Positions 1 through 13,615 of a stretch of 64,000 nucleotides of DNA are shown here, in pieces. Position 1 is the first letter of the stretch; every line of letters starts with the position of its first letter. The position numbers and the translations under genes were made by a program. The stretch is from Chrysomallon squamiferum (lineage: Eukaryota > Animalia > Mollusca), in contig CM022668.1 of the NCBI GenBank assembly GCA_012295275.1, positions 16,554,001-16,618,000 of the forward strand, read 5' to 3'. The notes under the pieces were generated by a model. It had not been told where the DNA came from. It worked only from the letters and a program-made list of their open reading frames with translations, and ran no database searches.

Positions 1-854
1 ATACATATATATATTATTTCAGGTTTTGTTTTGTGGAAGTTAGATGTTTCGTAATAATTTAGTATTGATAGTTGTGGTAGTTGAAGTAGTAGTAACAAAA
101 GTAGTAGTAGTAGCTGCAATAGTAGTAACAGCAGAAATAGTGACAGAACTAGTACTTGTTACAGCAGAAGCTTTACGATTACATTTATGTCTGGCAATAG
201 TATAGACAAAAGTATCAGAATTAGAAACAGTGATGTTATGGCAACTGATGAAAATAATAGGATAAAAGTATATATATATGCATATATTAGACAAACAGTG
301 GAATGTAAGTATACATTTATAAAAGAAAAGCCAAGCAACAGAGACGTGGTAAATATATCTGAATAGTTTTTTCTTCTTTTTTTTAAATTATTATTATTCA
401 GTGATTTCAAACACATAAATACATAATTGTGTGTTAGTTTTGTTTAGTTCTTGTGTAGCTGTGATACTGTTGTTTGTTGTTGTTTCTTTTGCTTCTTTTT
501 TTCAATTTGTTTTCTTTTTGTTTTCTTTTTTTTTTTTTTTTTTTTCTTCTTATGGCTATGATGTTGTTACATTTATAAAATTCTATACATGAAAAAACAA
601 GAAAGAAAATTTATAAAACTGATTTTATAATTACATCATCACGTAATCAGTGTAGGAGATTTGTCTGTAATTTAGTTTGTCTAGCGAGAAAAAATTCTTC
701 TAGAATGTGAAAAATGAATATTCCATAACCATGTTGTCATGGTGATAAATAATAAATTAAGTTTGATTTGGAATAAAACTACAAAGTAAGTGTTTATTTA
801 CCACAGAACCCAGTTTAAACAGAAATATTTCTGAATGAATTATGAATGAAACTG

Positions 855-889
<35 letters not shown>

Positions 890-983
890 TAGTATTTTAG
901 TTTGAACATTTATTTCTGTGTCCATAACCAGAAAATATTAATATAAAATATCAGTTTTCTTTTCCTGATTTTTAACAAAGTTC

Positions 984-1145
984 TTATTTATTATTTTGAC
1001 TTATTACTTTTTATTCTTATTTATTTATTTATTTACTTATTGTATTGTTGTTGTCGTTATACATTTTATTTATTATTTTGACTTATTACTTTTTATTCTT
1101 ATTTATTTATTTATTGTTTTGTTGTTGTCGTTATACATTTTAGTT
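984..1145 (+). repeat. ~80-bp tandem duplication
   Basis: TATTTATTATTTTGACTTATTACTTTTTATTCTTATTT...TGTTGTTGTCGTTATACATTTTA occurs twice. Confidence 0.85.
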
Positions 1146-1372
1146 ATTTAATTTTATTTAGAAACAATACGTCATACAATTTAATGAGCAATGTGACATG
1201 TAGTGACTCTATGTGACGTCACAGTCACTACAAATAACACGACTCCTTAAAATACAAAATATAAACTATATACGATCACTACGATTTTATTTAACAAGCT
1301 GATTGCAAATATATAGTGTCTTTACTTTGTTTTATACTGTATTTCATTAATAAAGTATATGAAAACATTAAG

Positions 1373-1403
<31 letters not shown>

Positions 1404-1904
1404 TTTCAAAAAAGTTCTTGAATTTTTTATTTTTTATTCAGGAAATTTTATAACGTACAAAATCAATAAGAAATCTTGTCAAAATTCTTCCATTTTTTAA
1501 AAGTTCTAAACATTTTTATCTTCTTAATTTTTATTTTATTTTATTTTATTTTATTTTATTTTATTTTATTTTATTTTATTTTATATTTTCATGTTCATTT
1601 ACTCACGTGAAGTAGTTTAACCGAGACTCACAAAAGTGCAATGACCTTTCTGAAAACTATGTATCTATTAAAATCTATTAATAACTATTAAAATGACTTA
1701 TAACGAAAATATATTTATAAATAAATTGAAATCACGAAAAGCTGTAATTTCTCGTTTGAAGGTAAACTGGCAAAGTCTGTCTGTTTAAAATTTATTTTTA
1801 AAATAAAACTCAGCTTTCTAAAACAGTTACAGTATACACTCTTGCATAAACTTTCAAGTGCACAGACCCGTAAATACACATAATACGTACTCGTTTAAAA
1901 TACG

Positions 1905-2193
1905 TGTACAAACATACGTACATACATACATACATACATAATTACGTACGTACATACATACATACATACATACATACATACATACATACATACATACATA
2001 CATACATACATACATACATACATACATACATACGTACATACATGCATACATACATACATACATAATAATTACGTACGTACATACATATATACATACATAC
2101 ATACGTACATACACACACATACAAACATACATACATACATACATACATACATACGTACATACACATACATACATACGTACATACATACATACA

Positions 2194-2222
<29 letters not shown>
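1905..2222. repeat. (TACA)n microsatellite
   Basis: Direct reading. Confidence 0.95.
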
Positions 2223-2225
<3 letters not shown>

Positions 2226-2826
2226 CTAATATACACAGCAACATCAATGCAATCATTTCCCCACCCAGTCACCTACATTCACATCCACGCACACAGACAC
2301 ACCCACCTGCACTTTACCCAAACACAGTTTAATTGTTTAATTTACTTTTCATGCGGGTAAAAAAATAAAATCTTTATCAAAATGAATGCCACACCCTCAT
2401 GCAATCATTGCTGGAAGAACCCGTATCCATATTTGACGTCGTACACGGCGCTGATTTCATTAAAATGTCAAAGAAAACCATGTCAGCATTTGAGTGATGT
2501 GTTGCTGTCGTGTAGACTTCATTAATTCAATACTCATTAAGTTTGCCGAGGCGTTTGAAAGCAGGAAAATCATAAGCTATGCTTGATTAAATTCCAACGA
2601 CCAACACAAGTCTTCGTCATTTGCATACGATTGATACTGGAGGACTTGCAATGGTTATAAACAACTTAAATAAACAAATTAATAAATCACGAGAAAAAAG
2701 AAAAAAAAGATTTCTGAAATCATTATCTAATCAAGAAAAGGCGAAACGAAAAAAAAGAAAAGTAAAATAAAATAAAGTAAAATAAAATAAAGTAAGAAAA
2801 TAACAAAATCAAATAAAATAAAACAA

Positions 2827-2883
<57 letters not shown>

Positions 2884-3499
2884 CATAATATGATCTTAAA
2901 TGTATTTATATCTCAATGTTTTTGAATTTATCACTTTTATTATTTTATATAGTATTAATTTTTTTTCATATATTATTATATGCAAAATTAAAAACTAACA
3001 TATTATTTTACACAGATAATTATGTATTAACGTGTTTTATAATTTTACACACTTGTTTTAAATATCTTTTTATAGAAATATGTATTAACTGATCATGTAT
3101 TTATTTTGCACTAACATATATTAATTCCGAACGAATCAATATTACTTTGAATAATTTATAATTAATATGAATTAATGGGCATATTGAATCTCTATTTTTT
3201 GTAGATCGTGTTACGAAAAAGTATATTAATAGCAATAACAATGGTAATAACGATGATGATAACAATAACAATAATGATAATAAATAATAACAGTAATAAC
3301 AATAATAATAATAACGATGATGATAATAACAACAACAATAATAATAACAAAAATAATTATAATAACAATAATGATGACGATAATAATAATAATAAAGAAT
3401 ATATCCTACTGTATTTAAGTTGTTGCCACTTCCAAGGAAAGAAAAACTTTAACAATTAAAATAACAATAATAAAAAGATAAGTGAAGTGTGTGAGATTT

Positions 3500-4040
3500 A
3501 TTATTTGATTTGTACATGTGGGTGCTGCTCGGAGTGTTGCAGCAATCTGCTTCCAGGACTGGCGCTTTGCCGTGGTGTTTGCACGTCGTCTTCGCAGGAA
3601 CGTTAACAACAAGTTAAAAATCAATTTAGCAGCTGCTGATTATAGCTTAAATTGGCCCTCTGTTCGTCTGCTTTATATATACTACTACAAAGAAACATGT
3701 TCATCCGGGGAATTGATTTTTCTCTATCTGATGGAGAAAGAAAAAAACGAGAGACGGTGTTAGAAAGACGTGGCCCTCCCCCCTCCCCCAGTCGGGCCGG
3801 GCTCTAAACAGCAGCAAAGCTTCAGGTTTGTGGCTTAGACACGACTGTCAATATCTCAGTATGCCCGTCTGATGAGAAACACACACATTTCAATAACAGT
3901 TACAATGCATTTTATAATTGTATGCACCATTTCCACTAATGGCTTCTCAATTGGCATCCCGTTGCTAAGCAACGGTGATTCCCGCCATCGACGCCAAGCG
4001 GATTGCAAGCAAGATGGCGGCGAGTCAGTGCTGTATTAAT
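3500..4040. promoter_or_regulatory. Regulatory or promoter-like island
   Basis: Minus-strand TATATAAAG at 3671-3679; X-box-like GTTGCTAAGCAAC at 3961-3973; exact YY1 consensus CAAGATGGCGGC at 4010-4021. Confidence 0.45.
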
Positions 4041-4467
4041 AATCGTTAATGGCCCTACGAGAAACTTGAAGGTACAAATCAATAGTGTTACAACACAGCG
4101 AAAACTTTTCACGTCTCACACGAACACTGCAAACGTAACACAACACAAGTACAAATAAATAACAAGTGTGTTTTACACAGGACGCCAGGAACGCACTACC
4201 AAAACGTCGGAGTACGCACAGCGTGCGTTACACGCCTGTCACGTTACGCAATACGCAAACACAGACCTAACGCAAACTGCAAATACTCTTACACGATAAC
4301 GTTCTTTTGTAGTTTTTCAGAATGTACATACATAAATAAACAAATAGGTACGTTGATGTATAAATAAGAAGAAGTCTAGTAGTGTTTACTAGTAGAAGTA
4401 CTGATACTATGCATCACGTGTTTGTTTCTGTGAAGTCGTACGTCCAGAGAACGTGAAATATTCTTAC

Positions 4468-4514
4468 CCCTGCCCGTACAGAAAACGATTTAGAGATAAA
4501 TAAAAGAAACACAT
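4468..4514 (-). CDS. Possible alternative short coding exon (MCFFYLSLNRFLYGQ + 2 nt, phase 2) or second donor site
   Basis: ATG at 4514 open to CAGGG|GTAAGA (intron starts 4467). The peptide derives from a T-rich tract and may be incidental. Confidence 0.2.
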
Positions 4515-4575
4515 TGTAAATGTAAATAAACAGCGTAATGTAAGAAAATGAAAATGTCTGAAATGGGTTACTCAC

Positions 4576-4646
4576 TCTGTTAGATGATGCATATCAGCCC
4601 CAAGTGACGGGTGTTTTGAACTGCTTAATTTTAGAGTAATTTTCAT
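4576..4646 (-). CDS. Candidate first coding exon of an unidentified minus-strand gene (MKITLKLSSSKHPSLGADMHHLT + 2 nt, phase 2)
   Basis: ATG at 4646 with an in-frame TAA three codons upstream; open to a GA|GTGAGT donor (intron starts 4575); lies just downstream of a promoter-like island (4780-5340). No homology recognised. Confidence 0.45.
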
Positions 4647-4779
4647 CCAAATCCATTAAAAGTAATCCCTTCACAAGTGTTGGAATGGTAAAGCACTAAT
4701 CCTTCTTTGAATTGCACTAAACATGCTCGGAAAGCTAGCGCGCTTTCTCGAGCAACCGTCTGAATAATATACCCGCCAA

Positions 4780-5400
4780 AATCTTCATGTCGTCTGCTAC
4801 AACTTTGTGGTTATTTCTTTTTTGTGAGTAGCGTAAAAAGGTTCCAATACTCGCCAGTGGAGCCGTCATATCTGACTCATTATAGAGCGCCGATTTTTAA
4901 TGACTTTATGTAGCTGTCGGGCTCTCATTTACATGTGTAAAGTTTGGTAAGTGTTAGCCAATAAAATGCTGTCGAGATGGGAGCGTCCATAAAGGTTACG
5001 TCACAGAAGTCAGCCTACTCATACAATATTTCTAAGCTTGAATCCCCGAAGAGACTTTGGTCGTAGATTAATGGGATTCACTGAGTTTGCCACAACATAG
5101 TGTATTGTTGACCGGAGTACAATCAGATATCAATACTTGGATAAGTTGGACGAGCGCCACGGATGGTGCAGGAAACGTCCTGCAAGACGTGGCAGCCAAT
5201 GAGAGCGCGCGGAGTGGCGCGAGGCAGCGGTTCTGCGAACACGCGACTCGGAGAGGAGAACGTGAACACTTTGACGAGAACTCTTGTTTGTTTTCATCTG
5301 CACGTTAACGTGAGCGGCAGTCAGTGTCAGAGTCGTAGTCACACAGATCTACCAACGTGCACCTCCACCACCCGCTTTTCGCGTGTTTGTTTTCTGTATT
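4780..5400. promoter_or_regulatory. Promoter-like CpG island, possibly bidirectional
   Basis: CCAAT boxes near 4958 and 5196; TATAAT followed by TGAGTCA on the minus strand near 4873-4884; GTAGCAGACGAC (minus) at 4789-4800; TCAGT Inr-like motif on plus near 5321; high CpG relative to flanks. Confidence 0.55.
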
Positions 5401-5480
5401 GTCACGTATTGATCGGCGGACTTCGTCGATGGCCTGTGAAAGCTTTCTCTCGTTTGTTTTCTCCTCTTGTTTTTGTCTGT

Positions 5481-5513
<33 letters not shown>

Positions 5514-5655
5514 CCGATTCTTTCACAGCAGATTAATGATGCCAGTTTGGCTGATAAAATTATTTGTAAACAATGGACATCACAGAGTTCATATCAGATT
5601 TTATTTATTTATTATTTATTTATTTATTTATTCATTTGTTTGTTTATTTGATTGT

Positions 5656-5686
<31 letters not shown>

Positions 5687-5750
5687 TTTGTTTGTTTATT
5701 TATTTATTTATTTGTTTTTTTAAAAGATAGATATTTTATTACAATAATAT

Positions 5751-5878
5751 AAAGTTATTGCTGTTTGTTTATTATTTATTCATTTCATTTCTTTCTTTCG
5801 AAATTGAACGTTTCCAGAAAAATGAATATACTGACTAACCTTTTCAATATTTTTTTTGTTTAATAAAAGAAAACACCA

Positions 5879-5942
<64 letters not shown>

Positions 5943-5990
5943 GAAGAAGAAGAAGAAGAAGAAGAAGAAAAATCGCTACATTAATGATAA
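5751..5990 (+). repeat. Dispersed direct repeat, copy 1 (pairs with 7538-7795)
   Basis: Colinear similarity: AAATTGAACGTTTCC..GAAAAAT..TGACTAACCTTTTCAATATTTTTT..(TAA)n(GAA)n..AATCGC. Confidence 0.85.
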
Positions 5991-7455
5991 TAGCAGTAAT
6001 GGATTTTAGAAAGGTTCATAAACTGCGGTTATATTATTACTGAAATCTCCGTGCCAGTAATAAAATGTATTTTTATAAAATAAAACAGTTTGATGAAGCA
6101 AACCGTTCTCTGGGTTTTTCCCGATCATGACTCGTAGCTGGAAGCGTCGTGGTTATTTTTACATCAAACTGTGTCACATGATAGGAACACGACAAAACTA
6201 AAATACTTAAAATACAGCCACAGGACATTTCACCACGATCATCACCAAACATTGCCAATAAAGACTTAGAAAGAAAGAAAAACAAAAAACAAAAAAAGTA
6301 AAAAGTGTGACAAAGACTGATGCGAGAGTGAGAGAGTCGCCATCATATTAATGAGGAATTTACGATCCAGAGAAAACAAATATGGTTGAAGCAGAAAATA
6401 ATGTCTTCCTGCCGCTTCGACCTGTGATTATGATAAAACGGTTTCCAGAACTGCGGCGCTCAACTTGACCGTCATCCGGTTTTGTCAATTACAGTACGAA
6501 GCACTAATTTCCGACGCCAGCCTAGGACGTCTTTACCAAATAGATATATAATTGGATTTTGTTTGAGAGAGATACAGACACAAAAAAGTGCTTCCCCCCT
6601 TTGCATGAAAACTCGTCATTTAGATTTTGTGTACGAGCGAGAGAAGCGAGGCCGGGCCTGGCTAAGGACGAACTGAAGGGTATTGTGAGGACTGCACGAA
6701 CCGTTTGCAGAACGCGGATAAATCAAACGTCCCATTAAAGTGAAGAAGCCAGTGGTTCAAAGAAGTAAGGAATGCGATCAGCCAAATATAGCTTATGAAT
6801 ATTTATGAACGCAGCGATCTCCTGGGTGTTGATTAACGCGGGTCTGTGAGATGGAAAGTAGCACGTTTCTTATTTGTTAATATTTTACAAAGTATTATGT
6901 GACGTTTTCCAACACTCCTGTTACACACTTTTATAATCAACTCCAGTCCAAGCTTTTCTTCTCACGTCAATACAGCCTTTGTATGTTTCTATTGCTTTAT
7001 TGATTTTCTTTAATATTATTAATTTTTAATCTTAAAATTAAACAGAATGTTGAAAGCAATACAGCGGGATATTGAAAAGCGTAATTAATTATTGTGTATG
7101 TAATATGAAGAAGAAAATGACGTTTCTATGGCAAGATGTATAAACAAAAATAAAAATAAAACTTATTCTGCATAATGATACCGTATCACACACTTAAGTT
7201 TATAATGTAGATTATTTATTTTTTTTATTGTTGTTTCCTTTATAGTTGTTTTTCTTAAATGTGCTTTTTGTTATTACAATTGTTTCCTTGTTTGTTGTAT
7301 GTATTTGTTTCTATAATTGTTTTATAATTTTTTTTTATGTTATATTTTATTTTATTATTTTTTTATTATTATTTTACTAGCTTTTAAATTTTTGTTTGTA
7401 TTAAGGGTGTTTTTTCTTTTTAAAAAGATTTTTAATTAAACGTTTATTCTCCAAT

Positions 7456-7497
<42 letters not shown>

Positions 7498-7537
7498 TTT
7501 TCAAAAAGTAGATATATAATCATAATAATATGTGTAT

Positions 7538-7795
7538 AAAGTTATTACTGTTTATTTATTATTTATTCATTTCAATTCCTTTTTTCAAAATTGAACGTTT
7601 CCGGAAAAATAAATATATTGACTAACCTTTTCAATATTTTTTTAAAATAAAACAAAACAGTAATAATATTAATAATAATAACAATAACAATAATAATAAT
7701 AATAAAAAAAATAATAATAATAATAATAATAATAAGAAGAAGAAGAAGAAGAAGAAGAAGAAAGAAGAAGAAGAATCGCAACAGTAATGACAATA
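7538..7795 (+). repeat. Dispersed direct repeat, copy 2 (pairs with 5751-5990)
   Basis: Same ordered blocks as copy 1, with scattered substitutions. Confidence 0.85.
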
Positions 7796-8292
7796 TGTAT
7801 ATATATACTGAAATTTTAGTAATTTGAATTTAAAATTCAGCTCTTTATATATAGATATATATATATTTTTTTTTTTTTTTTTACTTACGGCTTTAAACAG
7901 ATGTCTAGGGAAGCCAGATTAATGCAAACAAAACTGATAAAAATCAGTCATTTTAGAACAGGACCCGATTCTAAGGAACGAACACTAATCCATTCCTAGC
8001 GCTATCGACCGAATTAAAAAGGAAAAACAAGAATTATATGTAATTCCCACACTAAGTTATAGCGCACTCACGTTTTCTTACAATTAGTACATCAATAGAT
8101 TGTCTAAACATTAGAATAACGGTGCTAAAAATTAAACAATTAAAAAACAAAATAAATAGAAATAAAGAGAAAATTTAATATCTTCTCTTATTTACCTTTA
8201 AATTTTGAATGCAAAAATTAAAAACAAAAAAGAAGAAAAAAAGATCAATATACATACATACATATATAGAAAAAGTCAACAGTAAAAGAATG

Positions 8293-8347
<55 letters not shown>

Positions 8348-8869
8348 CAACAGTAAATAGCAAGCGAGCCGTGAAATGTCATCGTAACATTTACAGACGA
8401 CTGTTTAACGAACAATGAAAATCAAACGATTGATTATAACTAATGGAAGGACGTCAAAGGCTGTCGTCTGCTATCTCAAGCTTGCAACGAAACAAACACG
8501 AGATAAAAAATAAAGCTGTTTTTTTTTTATGTTGAACTTATTAATTTAACAACTGGACTGTTGAGACGCTTGTTGTTAAGCTGAATGTTTTTCAGAAACT
8601 GAAATAACTGATTTAGCACAATTACTAATACTGTAAATCAATATAAGAACTGACGACGCATTGCTTAGACTCTCAGCATTTAGTTTCACAGGTTCCAGGA
8701 TCGAATTCTATGAGCTGCTAATATCTAATATCGGATTGTAGAATCTTTGTAAGCAATGGGCTTTAAAATCGGTCACTAGAATTGGATTCCAGATTCTGCC
8801 ATAAATATTACATACTGAATTCGTCACTGGTATCGAATTCTAGAATTGGTCTTTAGAATCGGCCACTAA

Positions 8870-9500
8870 TATCGGCTTCAAAAAGCAGTCAGTAGTATAA
8901 GCTTCTATAATCGGCTTCTATAATCGTCATTAATATCGGCTTCTATAATCGTCATTAGTATCGGCTTTTATAATTTTCATTAGTATCGGCTTTTATAATC
9001 TTCATTAATATCGGCTTTTATAATTTTCATTAGTATCAGCTTCTATAATCGTCATTAGTATTAGCTTCTATAATCGTCATTAGTATTAGCTTATATAATC
9101 GTCATTAGTATTAGCTTCTATAATCGTCATTAATATCGGCTTCTATAATCGTCATTAGTATCGGCTTTTATAATTTTCATTAGTATCGGCTTCTATAATC
9201 GTCATTAGTATCGGCTTCTATAATCGTCATTAGTATCGGCTTCTATAATCGTCATTAGTATCGGCTTCTATAATCGTCATTAGTATCGGCTTCTATAATC
9301 GTCATTAGTATTAGCTTCTATAATCGTCATTAGTATCGGCTTTTTTAATCTTCATTAGGATAGGCTTCTATAATCGATGACTGGTATTATCTTCTATAAT
9401 CGGTCAATAACATTGGCTTCCGAAATTGGTATCGTATTCTAGTATCGGCTTCAAAAATTTGTCACAAGTATTGGCTTTTATAATCGCCGCTAGTATCGCT
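8870..9500. repeat. 25-bp minisatellite
   Basis: Unit TAGTATCGGCTTCTATAATCGTCAT; near-perfect from about 8910 to 9380, degenerate at both flanks. Confidence 0.95.
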
Positions 9501-10330
9501 CCGTTTCCATAGTTTCTTGGCTGGGAATGCCAGTGAGCTTTCCTACTATTTTCTCTAATTATTTAATGTAAGAATTCTTCTGGGGTTGTATTTCCTGGAC
9601 TGTGTGCCTAGAAAAGCATCCTTTAACCTTCAGTGACGATAAATTTGATTATGACTGACTTTATCGACTGATCTTTTTCTGTCAAGGAAAGAGCAAAAGT
9701 TTATTACGAGTCGAGCCCAAGACAAATTTGAGTAAAAATCTGATTTTAATATATATATATTTACTGACATTAAAATTTGTGAGTTTTGTCTTCGTTCGTT
9801 TTTCATAATTTTGTTATTTATTTATTTTATTTTATTTTATTTTATTTTATTTTATTTTATTTTATTTTATTTTTATTTTATTTTATTTTATTTTATTTTA
9901 TTTTATTTTGTTCTATTTATTTTATTTTATTTTATTTTGTTCTATTTTTTTTTTCATTGTTGTGTTTTAATGATGATATTGGGTTTAATAAATAAAGAAA
10001 TATATCCTAGAAATTAACAAATAAAAACCTGACATGAAAAGAAAGCAGAGATTTGATTGGCTGATACGTATGAGTAAAACAGAGAGATTACAGAAGCATT
10101 AAAATAAATTATTTCTTTCTACAGAGCACATCATATAATTCACATCTTACAAGAAGAAAACAACAACAAAAAAAAAAAAAAAACAAAACAAAAACAATTA
10201 CAGCTTTCTCTAATATAAAATCGTCGAGTAAAACTATACAGAAGAGTAGCACAAAATTCCAAAAAACACAACGTCCAATAAACAGCAGCACATCAACAGC
10301 TTTAGTCACTGCTTATTACTATTAACATAC

Positions 10331-10382
10331 CAATTTGATTTGCGATTTTATCTTCCTTTCCTGACGCCGGTTTATAGAGCAT
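10331..10382 (-). CDS. Possible alternative first exon (MLYKPASGKEDKIANQI + G, phase 1) or non-coding exon end
   Basis: TTG|GTATGT donor at 10330 at the edge of a unique island (10320-10720); ATG at 10382 is open to the donor. Confidence 0.25.
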
Positions 10383-10550
10383 TGTAAAAATTCAATAGAG
10401 ACTTCATATTGATGTGCAGTTTTCACATAAAGGCAGTGTAGTACCTTGGAGACTTCAATACAGTCTCTTTTGAAGCTTTGTGTTTGAAGCAGACTCTGGC
10501 CAGGACACTGTGGGAGCGACCAGGCGGATAATTTGCCGATATCTGAATTC

Positions 10551-10617
10551 ATCACTGCTCTGTTTGTACCCGCACATCACTGCTCTGTTTGTACCCTCAC
10601 ATCACTGCTCTGTTTGT
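10551..10617. repeat. 25-bp tandem repeat, about 2.7 copies
   Basis: ATCACTGCTCTGTTTGTACCC(G/T)CAC repeated. Confidence 0.9.
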
Positions 10618-11954
10618 TCTTGTACTCACACAACAATGTTCTGGCTTTTCATTTATCATGTAGAAAGAGAGGCAGAAAGTGAAACTGCAGCAGTCATTCT
10701 AAGTCCGATATCTAAATATGTACGTTTTACTTACATGTGATTTCATGTGTTTCGTAAAGGCCTCAGTACAAATACAAACACACACACACATATACACTTA
10801 CATACACCCATACACACAGATATATGTGTATATATATGTGCACACACACACACACACACACAGACACAAACTCATATATAAAAGAAACTAGCATAAATTA
10901 TTTTTTTTTAAATAACCTTCCAGCATGCCTGTCTTTAAATTTTCTCTTTCCTCTTGAATAACGATTTCTTTGAGATTCTCTTTCAGCCTGTATACAAGCT
11001 CAAAAGAATCACTGCTTCCAATTTAATTTTTTGAATAAAAAAAAACGCTTTATAAGGAATAAAGAGGGAATCACCAAAAAAATATAAGAAGAAAGTAAAA
11101 GAAAAAAGAGAAATTTTTATTTTTTATTAATATTTATTTATTTTTATTTTTTTTTTAAAGAAGAAAGTAATAGCTCTCTACTTTACAATTCAGCAGCGAT
11201 ATTAGAAATGGATATATCACTGAATTAATTGCTAAAATGTCAAAAATCCATCTCTGTTTTATTCTCTTTTTCCAAACTCACAGATGCTGCGAGTCTATAA
11301 ATGGAATAAGCCATTTGGAACATAGCATATTGGCGTCATCGACCGCGGTTATGTCAGTGGAGATGGCCTGGATCCCAACTGGATGAATAGATCGAATTGG
11401 CTCGCAGATTGCATACATTGTACTGGAGGTTAAATTACCATCACAACTGATTACCAGTAGAATTATGCCAACTAAACTTTAATCATCGGGCCAAAAACTG
11501 ATAGTTCGTGTGTATGTAACGGGATTCGGCAGCCAATGGAGAAGAGCTTTTCATTGATTACGCTGAATACTAACTTAACATCGGCAATGCCGAACCGCGA
11601 CAAGAAACCGTTTACAAGACGTCATATTGCAACGTCATATTAGTCAAACTTTCGAATCTCACGTTTCAGCAACTGCCAAGATCTATACACATTTTAATTA
11701 TTTACTATCGTTCCTTTCTGTATAAATATCAATGTTTGTTTTAGTGTGTTTTTATTTTATAGAATTTCATTGGAGGTTAAATATCATCGTGATAAATGTT
11801 TTTCGTTAGTTAATTAAAGTATCTTGTTTCTTTGTGGATTTATTTAACTCGATATATTGACAGCTAAAACAAACACATTTATTTAGTTCAGTGAACTCGG
11901 CTGAAATAAATTTGTCAGTTTGTTTAGAGAACAGAAATGTATAGGCGTGTAGTT

Positions 11955-11981
11955 AGAGAGAGAGAGAGAGAGCGAGCGAGC

Positions 11982-12058
<77 letters not shown>

Positions 12059-12300
12059 ATGCATGTTTGTATATTTCGTATGTATGCTTGCAGTATGTAT
12101 ATCATCCTTGTAAATCTATATCTTTCTCTTCGTGTATGTTTGTTGTTATATATGTTTGCATATACTGATGCATGTTTGTTGTTTGTATGTATGTATGTAT
12201 GTATGTATGTTTGTATGTATCTATGTAATGTATGTATGTATGTATGTATGTATGTATGTATGTATGTATGTATGTATGTATGTATGTATGTATGTATGTA
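11955..12300. repeat. (AG)n followed by (TATG)n microsatellites
   Basis: Direct reading; the two tracts are separated by ~130 bp of degenerate sequence. Confidence 0.95.
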
Positions 12301-13132
12301 TATATGAATGCACTCATAAATTAGTATGATACATTGATTTGTAAAGTACATAACGCGGACAAAGTGATTAACATGACACGTAACACCAGGGCGCAGTACA
12401 GAGGTCTACCAGAAACAATTTAAACAAAACTGAATGGACGCTCGTCTTCCGGTGATTTAGACCATGTTGTGTGGCGATAACCTTAAAGCTGTCTTAAAAA
12501 TGAAAAATGTTTTGCTCAGAGGCGTCTCACATTGTGCTTACATTTTATTATGTTTCTACAGCGAACCGACCAAGTTTAAACAGAGAAGACTTTCTAAGAC
12601 AGAAATAGCAGAAACACTCATCAGTTTATTTTTTATCTCCCTTACTTAAACCACAGGGCAGCGTGCCTAACGAGTCATTTACTTATGCTTGTGTAATGTC
12701 TCGTGTGATTTTATCACTTTCATCCACTGTTTATATCACTTTTTATTTTAACCTTTTCCCCTCCTTACACATTTACTACACTTGCGTAACAAACATTTCT
12801 TCTTTCATCAGTATGCTCTGTAAGACCATGCAGTCATATATAATAATAAGCCAATCACTGGGTTTGAGACTGCCCTTTGTGTTGATGTGATTTACATATT
12901 AATTTAATCACTATATTATCTATAAAATCTTCGTCTGTGGTCAGTAATCTCGTCTTTGTTATAAGCTGACTGACCAGTGAATGTTTGGATGACCTCACGA
13001 CGAGTTTTCGTGTCTGGATGTCTGAACTAAATAAGCGTCTGTTTCTAGTCTTAGTCTGAATTATACGTCTCTTGTTTGTTTGTTTATTTATTTATTTATT
13101 TGATTATGTTTTTGTTTCCTTGTGTGTTTGTA

Positions 13133-13175
<43 letters not shown>

Positions 13176-13384
13176 TCGTGTATGTGTATGTGTGTATATG
13201 TGTGTATAAAATATAATTTAATTCGATACAGTATGTGTGTTTTGTTGTAACATAGAAAGAATGCCTGTCAGGCATTAAACAAGTATATGTAGATGAAAAG
13301 ACAGATAGAGAGACAAATAAACAGATAAAAAGGAGAGATACACATATACATAGTTACATAGACAAATAGAAAAAAAGATATATA

Positions 13385-13615
13385 GATTATAGATAGATGG
13401 ATAGATAGATAGATAGGTAGATCGATAGATATACAGACAGATAGATAGATAGATAGATAAACAGACAAACAGACATATAGATAGATAGAAAGACAGACAG
13501 ACAGACAGACAGATAGGTAGATAGATAGATAGATAGATAGACAGATAGACAGACAGACAGACAGACAGATATATAGACAGATAGATAGATAGATAGATAG
13601 ATAGAGAAACAGAGA
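13385..13615. repeat. (GATA/GACA)n microsatellite
   Basis: Direct reading. Confidence 0.9.

Noticed and set aside
5163-5651. 162-aa plus-strand ORF
   Set aside because: Runs through promoter motifs, a poly-T tract and TTTA repeats; not protein-like.
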